From Diplonema japonicum (lineage: Eukaryota > Protista > Euglenozoa: Diplonemea), in the NCBI GenBank assembly GCA_964019335.1, contig OZ025699.1:1-64000 (forward strand): a DNA stretch of 64,000 nucleotides, given 5' to 3'. A program made the position numbers and the translations under genes. The first letter of the stretch is position 1, and the number at the start of each line of letters is the position of its first letter. Below the pieces are notes generated by a model. It was not told where the DNA came from and ran no database searches. It was given only the letters and a program-made list of their open reading frames with translations. Shown piece by piece: positions 24,411-36,840 of this stretch.

Positions 24411-26267
24411 TCAGCGCCTACTGTTGCTGTCGCTCCCGTAATCACAGTCCACCACCTTAATGTTGGCATAAGCTGTAATACGATTCCTCACATGGTGCAT
24501 GCGGACCTGGTAGTCCCCGACAGGGAACTTCGCTGGGTCGATGTAGAACAACACCCTCTTGGCGTACCTGTGCGAAACATCAGCGCAGTTGACAGCACTC
24601 CCATGGCAGTACGGGGACCCCGAGCACCACTTCGGTTGCCCCACACGAAGGTAGTACCTTGTAGACGACAAGTACCTGGGTGCCGTCTTCTCCACGAAGG
24701 CAAGTACAGTGCACACGTGCCTCGCACCACTGTACCTTGCGAATAGGTAGTCCCCACGACACACCTTGTAGGGTACGTATACCTTCGCTCTTGTGTAGCC
24801 GCTGCTGCCGTCATCACTTCCGTAGCTGTGGTCGTGGCTTCCGCTGCGGCTATCACTTGCACTGAGGCTGTCACTCCCACTGAGGCTGTCACTACCACTG
24901 AGGCTGTCACTCTCACTGCGACTGTCACTACCACTGCGGCTGTCACTTGCACTGAGGCTGTCACTACCACTGCGACTGTCGCTCCCACTGCGGCTGTCAC
25001 TACCACTGCGGCTGTCACTTGCACTGAGGCTGTCACTGCGACTGTCACTACCACTGCGGCTGTCGCTCTCACTGAGGCTGTCACTACCACTGCGACTGTC
25101 ACTACCACTGCGACTATCGCTTCCACTGAGGCTGTCACTGCGACTGTCACTCCCACTGCGACTGTCGCTTCCACTGCGACTGTCACTACCACTGCGGCTG
25201 TCACTACCACTGAGGCTGTCACTACCACTGCGACTGTCACTACCACTGCGGCTGTCGCTCTCACTGAGGCTGTCACTGCGACTGTCACTACCACTGCGAC
25301 TGTCGCTTCCACTGCGACTGTCACTCCCACTGCGACTGTCACTACCACTGCGGCTGTCACTACCACTGAGGCTGTCACTACCACTGCGACTGTCACTACC
25401 ACTGCGGCTGTCGCTCTCACTGAGGCTGTCACTACCACTGCGACTGTCACTACCACTGCGACTATCGCTTCCACTGAGGCTGTCACTGCGACTGTCACTC
25501 CCACTGCGACTGTCACTCCCACTGCGACTGTCACTACCACTGCGGCTGTCACTACCACTGAGGCTGTCACTACCACTGAGGCTGTCACTGCCACTGCGAC
25601 TGTCACTACCACTGCGGCTGTCACTACCACTGAGGCTGTCACTGCCACTGCGACTGTCACTCTCACTGCGACTGTCACTACCACTGAGGCTGTCACTACC
25701 ACTGCGACTGTCACTCCCACTGCGACTGTCACTACCACTGCGGCTGTCACTACCACTGAGGCTGTCACTGCCACTGCGACTGTCACTCTCACTGCGACTG
25801 TCACTACCACTGAGGCTGTCACTACCACTGCGACTGTCACTCCCACTGCGACTGTCACTACCACTGCGGCTGTCACTACCACTGCGGCTGTCACTACCAC
25901 TGAGGCTGTCACTGCCACTGCGACTGTCACTCTCACTGCGACTGTCACTATCACTGCGACTATCGCTTCCACTGCGACTGTCGCTTCCACTGCGGCTGTC
26001 GCTCTCACTTAGGCTGTCACTACCACTGCGGCTGTCACTACCACTGCGACTGTCGCTTCCACTGAGGCTGTCACTACCACTGATGCTGTCGATCCCACTT
26101 TCACTGCGACTCTGGCTGCCACTACGGCTATCACTCCCACTGTCACTGTAACCGTAACTCGCGTCACCATCATGGCCATTGCCACTGTGATCATGGCCTC
26201 GAAGTGCCACTTGGCCAGCAGACGGGTCAGCCATCCAAAGCAACCCAGCTAACAGCAGCAACTTCAT
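24411..26267 (-). CDS. Secreted SGSDSR-repeat protein, copy 5 (618 aa)
   Basis: Same architecture; slightly variant signal region. Confidence 0.85.
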   Translation of the reverse strand: MKLLLLAGLLWMADPSAGQVALRGHDHSGNGHDGDASYGYSDSGSDSRSGSQSRSESGIDSISGSDSLSGSDSRSGSDSRSGSDSLSESDSRSGSDSRSGSDSRSDSDSRSESDSRSGSDSLSGSDSRSGSDSRSGSDSRSGSDSRSGSDSLSGSDSRSESDSRSGSDSLSGSDSRSGSDSRSGSDSRSGSDSLSGSDSRSESDSRSGSDSLSGSDSRSGSDSRSGSDSLSGSDSLSGSDSRSGSDSRSGSDSRSGSDSRSDSLSGSDSRSGSDSRSGSDSLSESDSRSGSDSRSGSDSLSGSDSRSGSDSRSGSDSRSGSDSRSGSDSRSDSLSESDSRSGSDSRSGSDSLSGSDSRSGSDSRSGSDSRSGSDSRSDSLSGSDSRSGSDSRSGSDSLSESDSRSGSDSRSDSLSASDSRSGSDSRSGSDSRSGSDSLSASDSRSGSDSRSESDSLSGSDSLSGSDSLSASDSRSGSHDHSYGSDDGSSGYTRAKVYVPYKVCRGDYLFARYSGARHVCTVLAFVEKTAPRYLSSTRYYLRVGQPKWCSGSPYCHGSAVNCADVSHRYAKRVLFYIDPAKFPVGDYQVRMHHVRNRITAYANIKVVDCDYGSDSNSRR

Positions 26268-26729
26268 GTTTTGTGTTTAGAGGAAACTGTGGTGAGCTTG
26301 GACGTTCACTTAGTCTTATCAAAGTTGGGGACAAGAGTGGGCTTCGCGGGGGGAGCTCGAGAAAAATGTGGAAATAAGTCACGATATGAATCCTTTACTT
26401 GGTAATTAAGGAGATAAGAGGGGTAGACAGGAAAGACGCAAAACAACTCAAGCCGTGGAGCATGAAAAGAGAGGGAGAATGAAAAAATATGGGCTCAAGT
26501 GTGTTCATTCGTTTCTCCTGCTTACTCCCCTTTTTTTTATTTTATTCTCTTCTCAAAGGTGTTCAGGAAGGAGATAAGAGGGGCAGACAGGAAAGACGAA
26601 ATAATACTCAAGCCATGGAGCGTGAAAAGAGAGGGAGAAAGAAAAAAAAAAGGAGGGGAACTATCGGTCATGCAATGCTGCCCCTCCATGGTGAAGCAAG
26701 AAAAAAAGAGGAGGAAACAAATAGAAAAA

Positions 26730-27025
26730 GAGAATATTTTAAGGGTGCCTGCAGTATGTGGCAGGGCTCAAGCCTCGTCTACTCGATTACAGTGGTCGCG
26801 CCTCGGCCTAGCAGTAGCTTCTCCGGCGTTCCGCGTCATGTCCTAAATGCGTGGGGTGTGCAACTCAACCTCTGCCATGGCGCTCGAAGGTTTGCTGCCT
26901 GTTCGTCATCCCGAGCATCTGCAATACATTCTTCCACTCGGTGATGACCGACGTTGAGGTCAACAGCGAAAAATACATCTGATGCACTTCTTGTATATCC
27001 ATATTTCTGTGCTATCGCCGCCACA
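26730..27025 (-). mobile_element. Short retroelement-like insertion in the SGSDSR-array spacer
   Basis: Sequence absent from paralogous spacers, at the same A-rich position as 17471. It begins with the shared AAGGG..CCTGCAGTATGTGGCAGG motif. Boundaries approximate. Confidence 0.5.
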
Positions 27026-27453
27026 AAAAAGAAAAAAGAATAAGCGGGCCGCAGAATGGGCCTTTTGGTACCCGTTTCTTTCTTCCATGTCAAAAAAACT
27101 TGTTCTTTCAAAAACAATATGGTAAAACTTTCTGTTTTGGTCAACTCGCTCTAGTAAAGTGGTTCAATGGTACTTTACTTAGCACAAAGTACACAAGTTT
27201 GACTCTAAACATATTGAATCAAAAGAGACGCTTGAATAAATAAAGAGACCCAACGAAATAGAAAAATAGGGTAGCATCGTTTTAAAACATGGTTAAACCC
27301 CCGGTGCCAATAGGCAGAGGGCTTAATCTTTTTTAGAAATAGCGTACCAAGGGCCCACAACCCGCCCTCGAGAAAGGGGGGATGGGTGACCTGTACCTGT
27401 GTCAAAAGGGAAACACACATAACAAGCAAAAGCCTATAGATCTAGAGGAGGAA

Positions 27454-29520
27454 TCAGCGCCTACTGTTGCTGTCGCTCCCGTAATCACAGTCCACCACCT
27501 TAATGTTGGCATAAGCTGTAATACGATTCCTCACATGGTGCATGCGGACCTGGTAGTCCCCGACAGGGAACTTCGCTGGGTCGATGTAGAACAACACCCT
27601 CTTGGCGTACCTGTGCGAAACATCAGCGCAGTTGACAGCACTCCCATGGCAGTACGGGGACCCCGAGCACCACTTCGGTTGCCCCACACGAAGGTAGTAC
27701 CTTGTAGACGACAAGTACCTGGGTGCCGTCTTCTCCACGAAGGCAAGTACAGTGCACACGTGCCTCGCACCACTGTACCTTGCGAATAGGTAGTCCCCAC
27801 GACACACCTTGTAGGGTACGTATACCTTCGCTCTTGTGTAGCCGCTGCTGCCGTCATCACTTCCGTAGCTGTGGTCGTGGCTTCCGCTGTGGCTGTCACT
27901 TGCACTGAGGCTGTCACTACCACTGCGGCTGTCACTCCCACTGCGACTGTCACTACCACTGAGGCTGTCACTATCACTGCGGCTGTCACTCTCACTCAGG
28001 CTGTCACTACCACTGCGACTGTCACTCCCACTGCGGCTGTCGCTTTCACTGCGGCTGCCACTACCACTGCGGCTGTCACTACCACTGTGGCTGTCACTAC
28101 CACTGCGACTGTCACTACCACTGCGGCTGTCACTCCCACTGCGGCTGTCGCTCTCACTTAGGCTGTCACTACCACTGCGACTGTCGCTTTCACTGCGGCT
28201 GTCACTACCACTGCGACTGTCGCTTTCACTGCGGCTGTCACTACCACTGCGGCTGTCGCTCCCACTGCGGCTGTCACTACCACTGCGGCTGTCGCTCTCA
28301 CTTAGGCTGTTACTACCACTGCGACTGTCGCTTTCACTGCGGCTGTCACTACCACTGCGGCTGTCGCTCTCACTTAGGCTGTCACTACCACTGCGACTGT
28401 CGCTCTCACTGCGACTGTCACTACCACTGCGGCTGTCGCTCTCACTTAGGCTGTCACTACCACTGCGACTGTCGCTTTCACTGCGGCTGTCACTACCACT
28501 GCGGCTGTCGCTCTCACTGCGACTGTCACTGCCACTGCGGCTGTCGCTCTCACTTAGGCTGTTACTACCACTGCGACTGTCGCTTTCACTGCGGCTGTCA
28601 CTACCACTGAGGCTGTCGCTCCCACTGCGGCTGTCACTACCACTGCGGCTGTCGCTCTCACTTAGGCTGTCACTACCACTGCGACTGTCGCTTTCACTGC
28701 GGCTGTCACTACCACTGCGGCTGTCGCTCTCACTTAGGCTGTTACTACCACTGCGACTGTCGCTTTCACTGCGGCTGTCACTACCACTGCGGCTGTCGCT
28801 CTCACTTAGGCTGTCACTACCACTGCGACTGTCGCTTTCACTGCGGCTGTCACTACCACTGCGGCTGTCGCTCCCACTGCGGCTGTCACTACCACTGCGG
28901 CTGTCGCTTTCACTGCGGCTGTCACTACCACTGCGACTGTCGCTTTCACTGCGGCTGTCACTACCACTGCGGCTGTCGCTCTCACTGCGACTGTCACTGC
29001 CACTGCGGCTGTCGCTCTCACTTAAGCTGTTACTACCACTGCGACTGTCGCTTTCACTGCGGCTGTCACTACCACTGCGGCTGTCGCTCCCACTGCGGCT
29101 GTCACTACCACTGAGGCTGTCGCTTTCACTGCGGCTGTCACTACCACTGCGGCTGTCGCTCTCACTGCGACTGTCACTGCCACTGCGGCTGTCACTACCA
29201 GTGCGGCTGTCACTACCACTGCGGCTGTCGCTCTCACTTAGGCTGTTACTACCACTGCGACTGTCGCTCCCACTGCGGCTGTCACTACCACTGCGGCTGT
29301 CGCTCCCACTGCGGCTGTCTCTACCACTGATGCTGTCTATCCCACTTTCACTGCGACTCTGGCTGCCACTACGACTATCACTCCCACTGTCACTGTAACC
29401 GTAACTCGCGTCACCATCATGGCCATTGCCGCTGTGATCATGGCCTCGAAGTGCCACTTGGCCAGCCGACTCGCTCAGGTCAGCCATACAAAGCAACCCA
29501 GCTAACAGCAGGACCTTCAT
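27454..29520 (-). CDS. Secreted SGSDSR-repeat protein, copy 6 (688 aa)
   Basis: Same architecture; tract enriched in SESDSR and SGSNSL variants. Confidence 0.85.
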   Translation of the reverse strand: MKVLLLAGLLCMADLSESAGQVALRGHDHSGNGHDGDASYGYSDSGSDSRSGSQSRSESGIDSISGRDSRSGSDSRSGSDSRSGSDSRSGSNSLSESDSRSGSDSRTGSDSRSGSDSRSESDSRSGSDSRSESDSLSGSDSRSGSDSRSGSDSRSESDSRSGSNSLSESDSRSGSDSRSESDSRSGSDSRSESDSRSGSDSRSESDSRSGSDSRSGSDSRSGSDSRSESDSRSGSDSLSESDSRSGSDSRSESDSRSGSNSLSESDSRSGSDSRSESDSRSGSDSLSESDSRSGSDSRSGSDSLSGSDSRSESDSRSGSNSLSESDSRSGSDSRSESDSRSGSDSRSESDSRSGSDSLSESDSRSGSDSRSESDSRSGSDSLSESDSRSGSDSRSESDSRSGSNSLSESDSRSGSDSRSGSDSRSGSDSRSESDSRSGSDSRSESDSRSGSDSLSESDSRSGSDSRSGSDSRSGSDSHSGSDSRSGSGSRSESDSRSGSDSRSGSDSLSESDSRSDSDSLSGSDSRSGSDSRSGSDSLSASDSHSGSHDHSYGSDDGSSGYTRAKVYVPYKVCRGDYLFARYSGARHVCTVLAFVEKTAPRYLSSTRYYLRVGQPKWCSGSPYCHGSAVNCADVSHRYAKRVLFYIDPAKFPVGDYQVRMHHVRNRITAYANIKVVDCDYGSDSNSRR

Positions 29521-30884
29521 GTTTTGTGTTTTGAGAAAGCTGTGGTGAGTTTGGACTTTTTATTAGTTAGATCAAAATTGGGGACACGCTACGTGATAGG
29601 GAGCCAAGGACAAACCTCACGGGTTTTGATCGCCTTCAAGTGCAATGCTGCATTGCTGTGTCTGCTTTACGGTCAGAGATGTTGTGCGGCATGTATAGCA
29701 AGAAGAAAAGAAATAAGGAAAAGGTAGAGAGAGCTGCATAAAAGTGGGGAAATAAGTTACAATGTGAGCCCCGCTCGGGACAGAATTACTCGCTATCTTC
29801 CGCGCGACCCCATATCATATTATTTCCTTATTTTCTTTCTTTTTTTGGTATTCACACAAGATGTATCTCTGTGAAAATCAAATAAGTCAACTTCCTTTCT
29901 TTCCCCCCTTTCTCTTTTCTTCTTTTGCTCTTTAGGAGCGATGCCAGCAAGAAGCAAAAAAGAAAGGGGTGGGGGAAGGTTTTATAGAACCTGCATTAAA
30001 GGAGCAAAGAAAATAAAAATGAAATGCGGTAAAAAAAAAAAAGGAAGATAGATATGCTTATGGAGCTAGAGAGAAAAAGGAAGAAAAAAAAAAGGAGAAA
30101 AAAAAAAAGAAAGAAAATCAGAGGGACTGCCGATTACAGACATGAGATATATTCACCTTGTTCCTTACATTGTTTTTTGTTTTGCTTTTGTTTTGTTTCT
30201 TTTTTTCCAGAAAAAAGACCTTTCTTGTCCCCGGATGCTTTTTATTTTCGTTAACAAGTGGTGAAAAGTGAAACAAACAATCGCCTCTTTCTGAACCAAA
30301 AAGCCCTCTTTATTTTCTTTCTTTTCCTTCTCTAAAAATTCATCGAAGCTGAGAGAAAAAGAAAAACACATTACAAGTAAAAACAGAAGAGATTATAGAA
30401 AAAGAGGGGAAAAAGACGGTAGAGGGGAAAGGTGAAAATAATGCGAAGATGAGCAGCTGCAAAGCCTCTCATGTGAGGAACCCCCGATTTTTCTTTTTCT
30501 CTTATAAATATTTCACATCTAGTCTGTCTGGATATTCAAAAAAAAATTGATCTTTGAGGTAAAGACGTAATTCGGAGAGAGCTACAAAAAAAATATATAT
30601 ATAAGTGCTGACGAGGGAAAGCGCTGTGCTTCCTCCATGAAGGAGAAATAAAAATAAAAAAAAAAGAGTCAGCTGATGTTGTTGTTTTGTGCAAAGCCGT
30701 TTTCACCTACAGCAGGGATCAACGGGAAAAATAAAAAAAAACCACGAAAAATAGAATTCTGTAAATTTTGAAAGGGAGAAGAGAGGGAGAAGAAACAAAG
30801 AAAAAAAAAAATGGACGAAAGAAGAAAAAAAAAAATCTTTTTTTTCTTTTTTTCCCTTCTTTTTTCTTTTTTGTATTATGCCTT

Positions 30885-33800
30885 CTATGCCGCGTTATTC
30901 CTCTTGCAAATAGTAATGAAAACCTGCTCAAGGGACGTCTCGCTGATAGAGTAGTCAATGATGTTCAGCACCTTGCGCGACTTCTCGATTGTGGAAAACA
31001 TCTGCGACAGCTTCTGCCCTGCTGTGAGCTGGTAGGTGAGGCGGTGGTTCGTCTGCTCCACAAGAGTAGAGTTCTCGAAGTTCTTCTCAAAGAAAGTAAG
31101 AACGTGTTCCTCCATTTCAGGAGCCACCTTCACCTGCACCTCATAAGCACCTCCGAACTTGTGCTTCAAGTGCGACAGTGACCCGAGGCACTGGATCCTC
31201 CCATCCACCATGATCGCTGTTCGGTGTGCCAGGGCTTCCACTTCTTCTAGATGGTGGGTCGTTAGTACCACGCACCTCCCCTTCCCGATAGACTGAAGTG
31301 CGGTCCACATTCCCCTCCTCGCCACAGGGTCCATCCCAGCTGTCGGTTCGTCCAAAAGAATGCATGATGGGCCTCCGATGAGGGAGATTGCGATGCTTGT
31401 TTTTCTCTTGTTCCCCCCCGACAGACGCTTGCAAACTGTGTTCTTGTGGTCCTGCAGCCCTAGCACCTGGATCAGCCCGTCTGACATCTCATCGCGAAGC
31501 TCCATCGGGACACCACGCAGAGCAGCGTACAGTGCGATGTGTTCCATCGGCGTCAGCAGGTCAAGAAGAGCGTCGAACTGCGGGCAGTACCCTAGCTCCC
31601 TCTTCGCCTCCGCCGCTTCTGTCACCACGTCGTAGCCCTTGATGGACGCACACCCGGAGGTTGGGAGGAAGTTGCCTGCTAGCACCTCGATGGTGGTGGT
31701 CTTCCCTGCTCCATTCGTTCCCAGGAAGGCGAAGATCTCGTCTGTTTTCACCCCAAAGGACACCTCCTTCACCGCCACTTTCGGTGGGTTGGAGGGGTAC
31801 ACCTTCCGCAGGCGCTGCACACGAACTACGTCGCCGGACCTCCCGTTCAGCACTGCGTTCTTCTCCGCCAGCACGTCATCGTCAACACCTATCTTCGACA
31901 CCATCTCCTCGGCGGCTGTGGAATGGTCCTCGTCGGGGCTTGGCGGCTTTTTCAAGCGAAGCATGTACCATATCTGCGGGAAGTCGTTCGCCATCGAGAG
32001 GGTTGCGAACACAGGGAACATCATGCACAGGAACAGGATGTCCCACCCTACCACGTCCATCGACAGGGGGGTGTTCGTGGTCGTCCCCACCTCCAGTTGG
32101 CTGGGAAGCTGCGCAAGGGCCAGCAGCCCGTCGCCCAAACAGAATGCGGGTATCACACGGAACACGTACCGCAGAACCTTCGCCACCTCCTGCGTGTCCT
32201 CAATGATATCCAGGATGCTGACCGTGATGACGAGAGCGAAACCGGAGAAGTAGTTCCCAAGCAGCACGGTGTTCTGACCTGTCGTGGCACTCGTGAAAAA
32301 GAAGGACGCCAGGTACGCAGCGAAGATGGCCGTCAGCGCGTAGAAGACGAACAGCAGCACCGTTGCTATGAATGCCTCGCCACCACCCACATACTCGTCT
32401 CGACCGAAAAACAGGAAGACAAGTATAGTGAGGAAGGCGCTCAAGCAGAATGACACGAAGTCCCAGCACAGGTTGGACAGCCAGTAGGCAGTGAGCTTCA
32501 CACCAGACACCACCTGCACGTGCTTTGACTTGCTGACTCGTTCCTGCACCAGGAACGAAACGTAGTTCGCAGGGATGAAGCAGAAGGGGAGCATGATGAA
32601 CACCGCCGTCAGGGTGTTCTGAAAGGCTTCCCGCTTGTCCTCGTGGTAGACACTGTAGGGAAGGGGGTGGTTCACCACACTGATCCCCGTGCTCCCGCCA
32701 GTTTGCTGTCTGTACTGCGCTGAGGCAAAACCGTTCACCGCAATGGGGATGCTGTGCATACTGCTCGTGTTGTGAAACAACGACATCGGGGAGACAAAAT
32801 CCGCAGCCGGTTGGAACAGTGCCTGCCAGCACCTGTTGTCTTTGTCCGAACGGTGCAGCAGCCAGTCGCTCATGTTCGCAGGGCTTTCAAAGGTATCTGG
32901 CATCGGCGTCACCCCTGCTATCATTCCATTCACAGCAAAGAGACTGTCCACAGGCGCGACAGGGAAGATCGAGTCCTCGCCGTAGGAAGTGAGGCTGAGG
33001 GCGGACAACTGGCTGTTGCCGAAGGACAACGCCAAGGCAAACACTACAACCACCACGGGGAGGACAAGCTGGAAGCATATGGTGCACATGTCACGCTTGC
33101 TGTACTGTAGCCTCTTCCTGAACAGCCCGTGCCATTGCGACATGTACAGGGTCTTGTCTTGCATCCTGTCGGCGGGGTTCATGTCGATCCCTTGCAAGTG
33201 CTTCCTGTCGAGGTTGTGCTGCGCTTCTTGTTGCTGCTGATGGTTCGTCATTATCGCACGCTGCTGCCCCTGCTCTTCCTCTGCCTCGTGGTCGTGTGCG
33301 ATCTTGATGAAGATCTCTTCTAAGGTCGTCACGCTCATCCCGAAGGTCTTCACCCCAAGCTGCCTCCCCGACGTCTCCAGAAGCTCGAACATCTGTGCGA
33401 AGTTAGGGAGCCCCCACATGGGGATCCTGTATGCAAGCTCCGACCCTGCCGCCGACAGAAGCTCCACGTCCTGGTCCCCGTTCTTCTTCAGCGGGGATAT
33501 TTCGCCTTTGATGGTGTTCGTGATGCTGTCGATGTCTGCCCCGCCGGGTGCCAGCTCCATGGTGAGGTTGTAGCCGACACCGAGCTTTTGCTTCAAGAAG
33601 AACGAAGATCCCCAGCAGTCCACACGGCCGCCGTGCAGGATCGCGATCGAGTCCCCCAAGAGGTCTGCCTCGTCCATGAAGTGCGTCGTCAGTAGGATTG
33701 TCCGCCCATTCCGCACAGCCTTCAGCAGGTCCCAGATCGCCCTCCTTGCCTGCACGTCCATCCCGGCTGTTGGTTCGTCAAAGATGATGAATTTCGGGCC

Positions 33801-35960
33801 CCCCATCAGAGCGATCCCCACGCTGAGCTTGCGTTTCATCCCGCCAGACAGTGCGGTGGAGTATGCGTCCTTCTTGTCGCTGAGCTCAACTTTTGCAAGG
33901 ATATCGTCTACATGCTCTTCGAGCGTGTCTGTCGGGATCCCTTTAACGCGCCCGTAGTAGCGAAGATGCTCTGCACATGTCATGTTGTCCCACAGGATGT
34001 TGTGCTGGGGGCACAGCCCGATGTCCCTTCTCACCTCGTTCAGGTTGTGGGTGATCGAGTTCCCGTACACAATCGCGTCGCCAGCTGTAACAGGCAGCAT
34101 CCCCGTCAGCATGTTGATCAGAGTCGTCTTTCCAGCCCCGTTGTGCCCCAGCAGCGCCAGGATCTGCCCCTCGTACAGCGACAGGTTCACGTTGTTCACA
34201 GCGACGTTCTTCGAACTGCCACCGTTGCCTTCGAACTCCTTCCTGAGGTTCGTGATTTCGATCCGCCGCCTTTCTAGCAGGGCAGGGTCCGTGATGCTCT
34301 CCAGGTTCTTTTTGTTAAGCACCCCGTCCACCGTGTCCCCTTCAGGTAACGAGAACGACACGGATGTGAACCAGTACGGCGGCCAGCAGTAGTAGCACAG
34401 TGGCTTCTTCGCCCCCCACTCGCTGGGGAGGATCTGGTCCAACCACACGGCGAGGATGAGGTACACAAAGGTGTCAATCCACATGAACCCAATGGACAAG
34501 GAGAAGGAGTACGAGCCATCAGATGCAGTGTCCCAAGTGAGGGACTCCCCTTTCCCTGCTGCCTCGTACACGAGTGCAACCGCTTGCCCAAACGCGTAGG
34601 TGTTGAAGATGGATAGCATCGACTGCGTCTGCGTCCCTGGGTTGGTGAGGACGAGTGAAGGAATCGCTGTGAGGAGGTACACCATGGGGCTCACGAGACT
34701 CGCCAGCGAAGCCTTCGAGAAGAATACGGACAACATGATCCCTGCCGCAGCCAGCGACATGCAGTAGCTCCAGAACAGCATAAAGACAATCCCAAAGGTG
34801 GTCTCATTGAGAAAAGTCGTCCCCACAACGATGGAAAGAAGGAGCCCCGTGATCGACAGTTGTAGAACCGTTGTCACCACCCACGACAGTTTGAACGCCG
34901 TGGCGGGCAGACCCATGATGAGCATGGCCTCTCGGATCCGTGCCTCCTTCTCGCGCACAATAGTGGACACAATCTGCGACAAGGGGAACAAGAAGGCCAT
35001 CGTCAGAATGAGCGGGAGGAAATTCCCGGCGCTGCTCAAAAACTGGTTCGAGTGGTACCCTTGCACCGGCATGGGGATAACAGAAGAGGGCAACCCCGCC
35101 CCAGTAATGTTGGCATTGATGAGGCCCTGCAAGGTGAGGAACCCCCCCGACAGGTACAGCCGGTACGTGTTGTGGTAACCGATATTCCCCAAGGTGAAGA
35201 TGTTTGTGTCGGGGGTAGAGGTGTAGTTCATTCTGATGGTGTAGTCGGTAAGGCTGTTCATCACGATTACAGCCCACATTGTGCTCGATCCCTCCTTTGA
35301 CGAGGCGTAGTCAGTCGCTGCCTGTTCGCTTTCAAACTCTCGCTTCGTGTACTTATAAGTGTGCGTACTGCTCAAAAGCCACTCGTCAATCCTCTCCACA
35401 ACTGCGGGGTCGCCAAATATGCTTATGTTCGTCCCGGTTCCAAGAGCATTTTCTACACTTCGCCTCCCGACATCATCGCCAAGGTCCACCTCCTGTGCGT
35501 ACCTTCGCCACAAGGCAACAATGTCGAAGGAAGGAATCGTTGTCGAGTTCACAGCGGTGGTCAACGGGCGGATGAGGTTCCTGAGTAGCGGGCTGCTCGT
35601 GTCATCTGGAACAGACGAGTTCAGGCAGATGTTGCCTAGGCAGTGCCATTCAGGAGGAGTAGCAACACAAGGGGGGTACTCCATAGGCTCAGCTTGTGTG
35701 TTTAACCTGCATATCCACGGTTTGAAGTGTGCATCCATATCAAGGTGGTTCTCGAGGTACTGCTTGTTGCCGTAATTATCGGTTCCTGCAGCGTAGTACG
35801 CAGGAAGCAGCATTATCATGAACATCACAGGGAGCAGAACCTCTACCGCTGTGCTCTTCCAAGAGCGAAGCTTCAACCGTGCGTTCTTTTCCATTACAAA
35901 GTACACCGCTGCCAAGACATTGGGCTTCTCGAACTCGCCTACCCTGACGCCTCCTAGCAT
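30885..35960 (-). CDS. ABC transporter subfamily A (full transporter)
   Basis: Two TMD-NBD halves. Walker A GHNGAGKTT and GTNGAGKTT; signatures LSGGMKRKL and LSGGNKRKT; Walker B FDEPTAG and LDEPTAG; C-terminal SLEQVF. First ATG at 35960 (the ORF track starts at a TTG). Confidence 0.95.
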   Translation of the reverse strand: MLGGVRVGEFEKPNVLAAVYFVMEKNARLKLRSWKSTAVEVLLPVMFMIMLLPAYYAAGTDNYGNKQYLENHLDMDAHFKPWICRLNTQAEPMEYPPCVATPPEWHCLGNICLNSSVPDDTSSPLLRNLIRPLTTAVNSTTIPSFDIVALWRRYAQEVDLGDDVGRRSVENALGTGTNISIFGDPAVVERIDEWLLSSTHTYKYTKREFESEQAATDYASSKEGSSTMWAVIVMNSLTDYTIRMNYTSTPDTNIFTLGNIGYHNTYRLYLSGGFLTLQGLINANITGAGLPSSVIPMPVQGYHSNQFLSSAGNFLPLILTMAFLFPLSQIVSTIVREKEARIREAMLIMGLPATAFKLSWVVTTVLQLSITGLLLSIVVGTTFLNETTFGIVFMLFWSYCMSLAAAGIMLSVFFSKASLASLVSPMVYLLTAIPSLVLTNPGTQTQSMLSIFNTYAFGQAVALVYEAAGKGESLTWDTASDGSYSFSLSIGFMWIDTFVYLILAVWLDQILPSEWGAKKPLCYYCWPPYWFTSVSFSLPEGDTVDGVLNKKNLESITDPALLERRRIEITNLRKEFEGNGGSSKNVAVNNVNLSLYEGQILALLGHNGAGKTTLINMLTGMLPVTAGDAIVYGNSITHNLNEVRRDIGLCPQHNILWDNMTCAEHLRYYGRVKGIPTDTLEEHVDDILAKVELSDKKDAYSTALSGGMKRKLSVGIALMGGPKFIIFDEPTAGMDVQARRAIWDLLKAVRNGRTILLTTHFMDEADLLGDSIAILHGGRVDCWGSSFFLKQKLGVGYNLTMELAPGGADIDSITNTIKGEISPLKKNGDQDVELLSAAGSELAYRIPMWGLPNFAQMFELLETSGRQLGVKTFGMSVTTLEEIFIKIAHDHEAEEEQGQQRAIMTNHQQQQEAQHNLDRKHLQGIDMNPADRMQDKTLYMSQWHGLFRKRLQYSKRDMCTICFQLVLPVVVVVFALALSFGNSQLSALSLTSYGEDSIFPVAPVDSLFAVNGMIAGVTPMPDTFESPANMSDWLLHRSDKDNRCWQALFQPAADFVSPMSLFHNTSSMHSIPIAVNGFASAQYRQQTGGSTGISVVNHPLPYSVYHEDKREAFQNTLTAVFIMLPFCFIPANYVSFLVQERVSKSKHVQVVSGVKLTAYWLSNLCWDFVSFCLSAFLTILVFLFFGRDEYVGGGEAFIATVLLFVFYALTAIFAAYLASFFFTSATTGQNTVLLGNYFSGFALVITVSILDIIEDTQEVAKVLRYVFRVIPAFCLGDGLLALAQLPSQLEVGTTTNTPLSMDVVGWDILFLCMMFPVFATLSMANDFPQIWYMLRLKKPPSPDEDHSTAAEEMVSKIGVDDDVLAEKNAVLNGRSGDVVRVQRLRKVYPSNPPKVAVKEVSFGVKTDEIFAFLGTNGAGKTTTIEVLAGNFLPTSGCASIKGYDVVTEAAEAKRELGYCPQFDALLDLLTPMEHIALYAALRGVPMELRDEMSDGLIQVLGLQDHKNTVCKRLSGGNKRKTSIAISLIGGPSCILLDEPTAGMDPVARRGMWTALQSIGKGRCVVLTTHHLEEVEALAHRTAIMVDGRIQCLGSLSHLKHKFGGAYEVQVKVAPEMEEHVLTFFEKNFENSTLVEQTNHRLTYQLTAGQKLSQMFSTIEKSRKVLNIIDYSISETSLEQVFITICKRNNAA

Positions 35961-36840
35961 CGGGGTGAGAGGGCTGATCTTAGAGGAAATTGTGTGTAGC
36001 AAAAACCTGTTTGAACTATTTGGTAGGAAACAGAAAGAAAACGATAATAACGGCAGGGTGCTTCCTTTTTCTTCTTATCTATTTTGCGCGGGGGGAGGGG
36101 GTGTGGGAGAAAGAAAAAGAAAAAGGCTGGGAAAAAAAAAATAGAAGAGAGGGAGGCTGAAAAAGGGGGAAGAGCATGAACACGAAAAAAGGGAGGTAAC
36201 CTTTCACGATTCTTTTTTTTTTTTTTTTTTTTTTTGCTTCCCTGTTTGCAAGCAGAAGTTAGAATTTTTTATTTTTATTTTTTTTTCCCGTTCTCTTTTT
36301 TTTTTCTCGCGCATCGAGGCACGGGGTTGAATGCAAAAAAAAAAAAAAAAAAAAAAAAAATTGCCGAGCTAGGGAAAAACAAAAAAAAAAATAGACGAAC
36401 GAGCCGGGGAAAAAAAAAAAAATGTCACATGCCCTTAAAAAATTGCGTACGCACCTCAGAAAAGAAAAGAAAAAAGAGACATTCTTAAAAAAAAGCGGCG
36501 GTTGCTCTTTTTATTATCTTTTGTAAGAACTCGCCCCAAATACCTTTTTTTTCTTTTGTCCACAATAACAAGCGTTTCTGCTCAATAAGAAAAGAAAATG
36601 AGAAAAAAAAGGGGGGGGGGCACCATTCATCTAGAGAATAATAATTGAGAGGAAAAAAAAAGAGTAATATGGTAAAACGAGATTTCTTTTTTTTTTTTTT
36701 AAACCATATTTCTGCATTAGAATAAATAAATAAAAAAAGGGCGATGCTTAAGGGCAAGAACACCACCCTTGAAAAGGTGGCGCGCGCGCCTATCTTTTTT
36801 GGAAAAGAATCTGAGATAAAAGATAGACATTCTAACATAA

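Larger units (their letters stand above)
7710..29560. repeat. Tandem array of six gene-plus-spacer units
   Basis: Spacer motifs CGGTGCGGCAA(A/G)GAACAAAA and CCATGGAGCGTGAAAAGAGAGGGAG recur near 7.7, 13.9, 17.2, 21.4 and 23.5 kb (the second also near 26.6 kb). Confidence 0.9.

Noticed and set aside
8615-27995. Val/Ala/Thr-rich alternative-frame ORFs on the minus strand
   Set aside because: Frame shadows of the 18-nt repeat, broken by stops in several copies and lacking true ATG starts.
8990-29400. Regular short repeats as a CRISPR array
   Set aside because: Contiguous coding tandem repeats without unique spacers, no cas genes, eukaryotic context.
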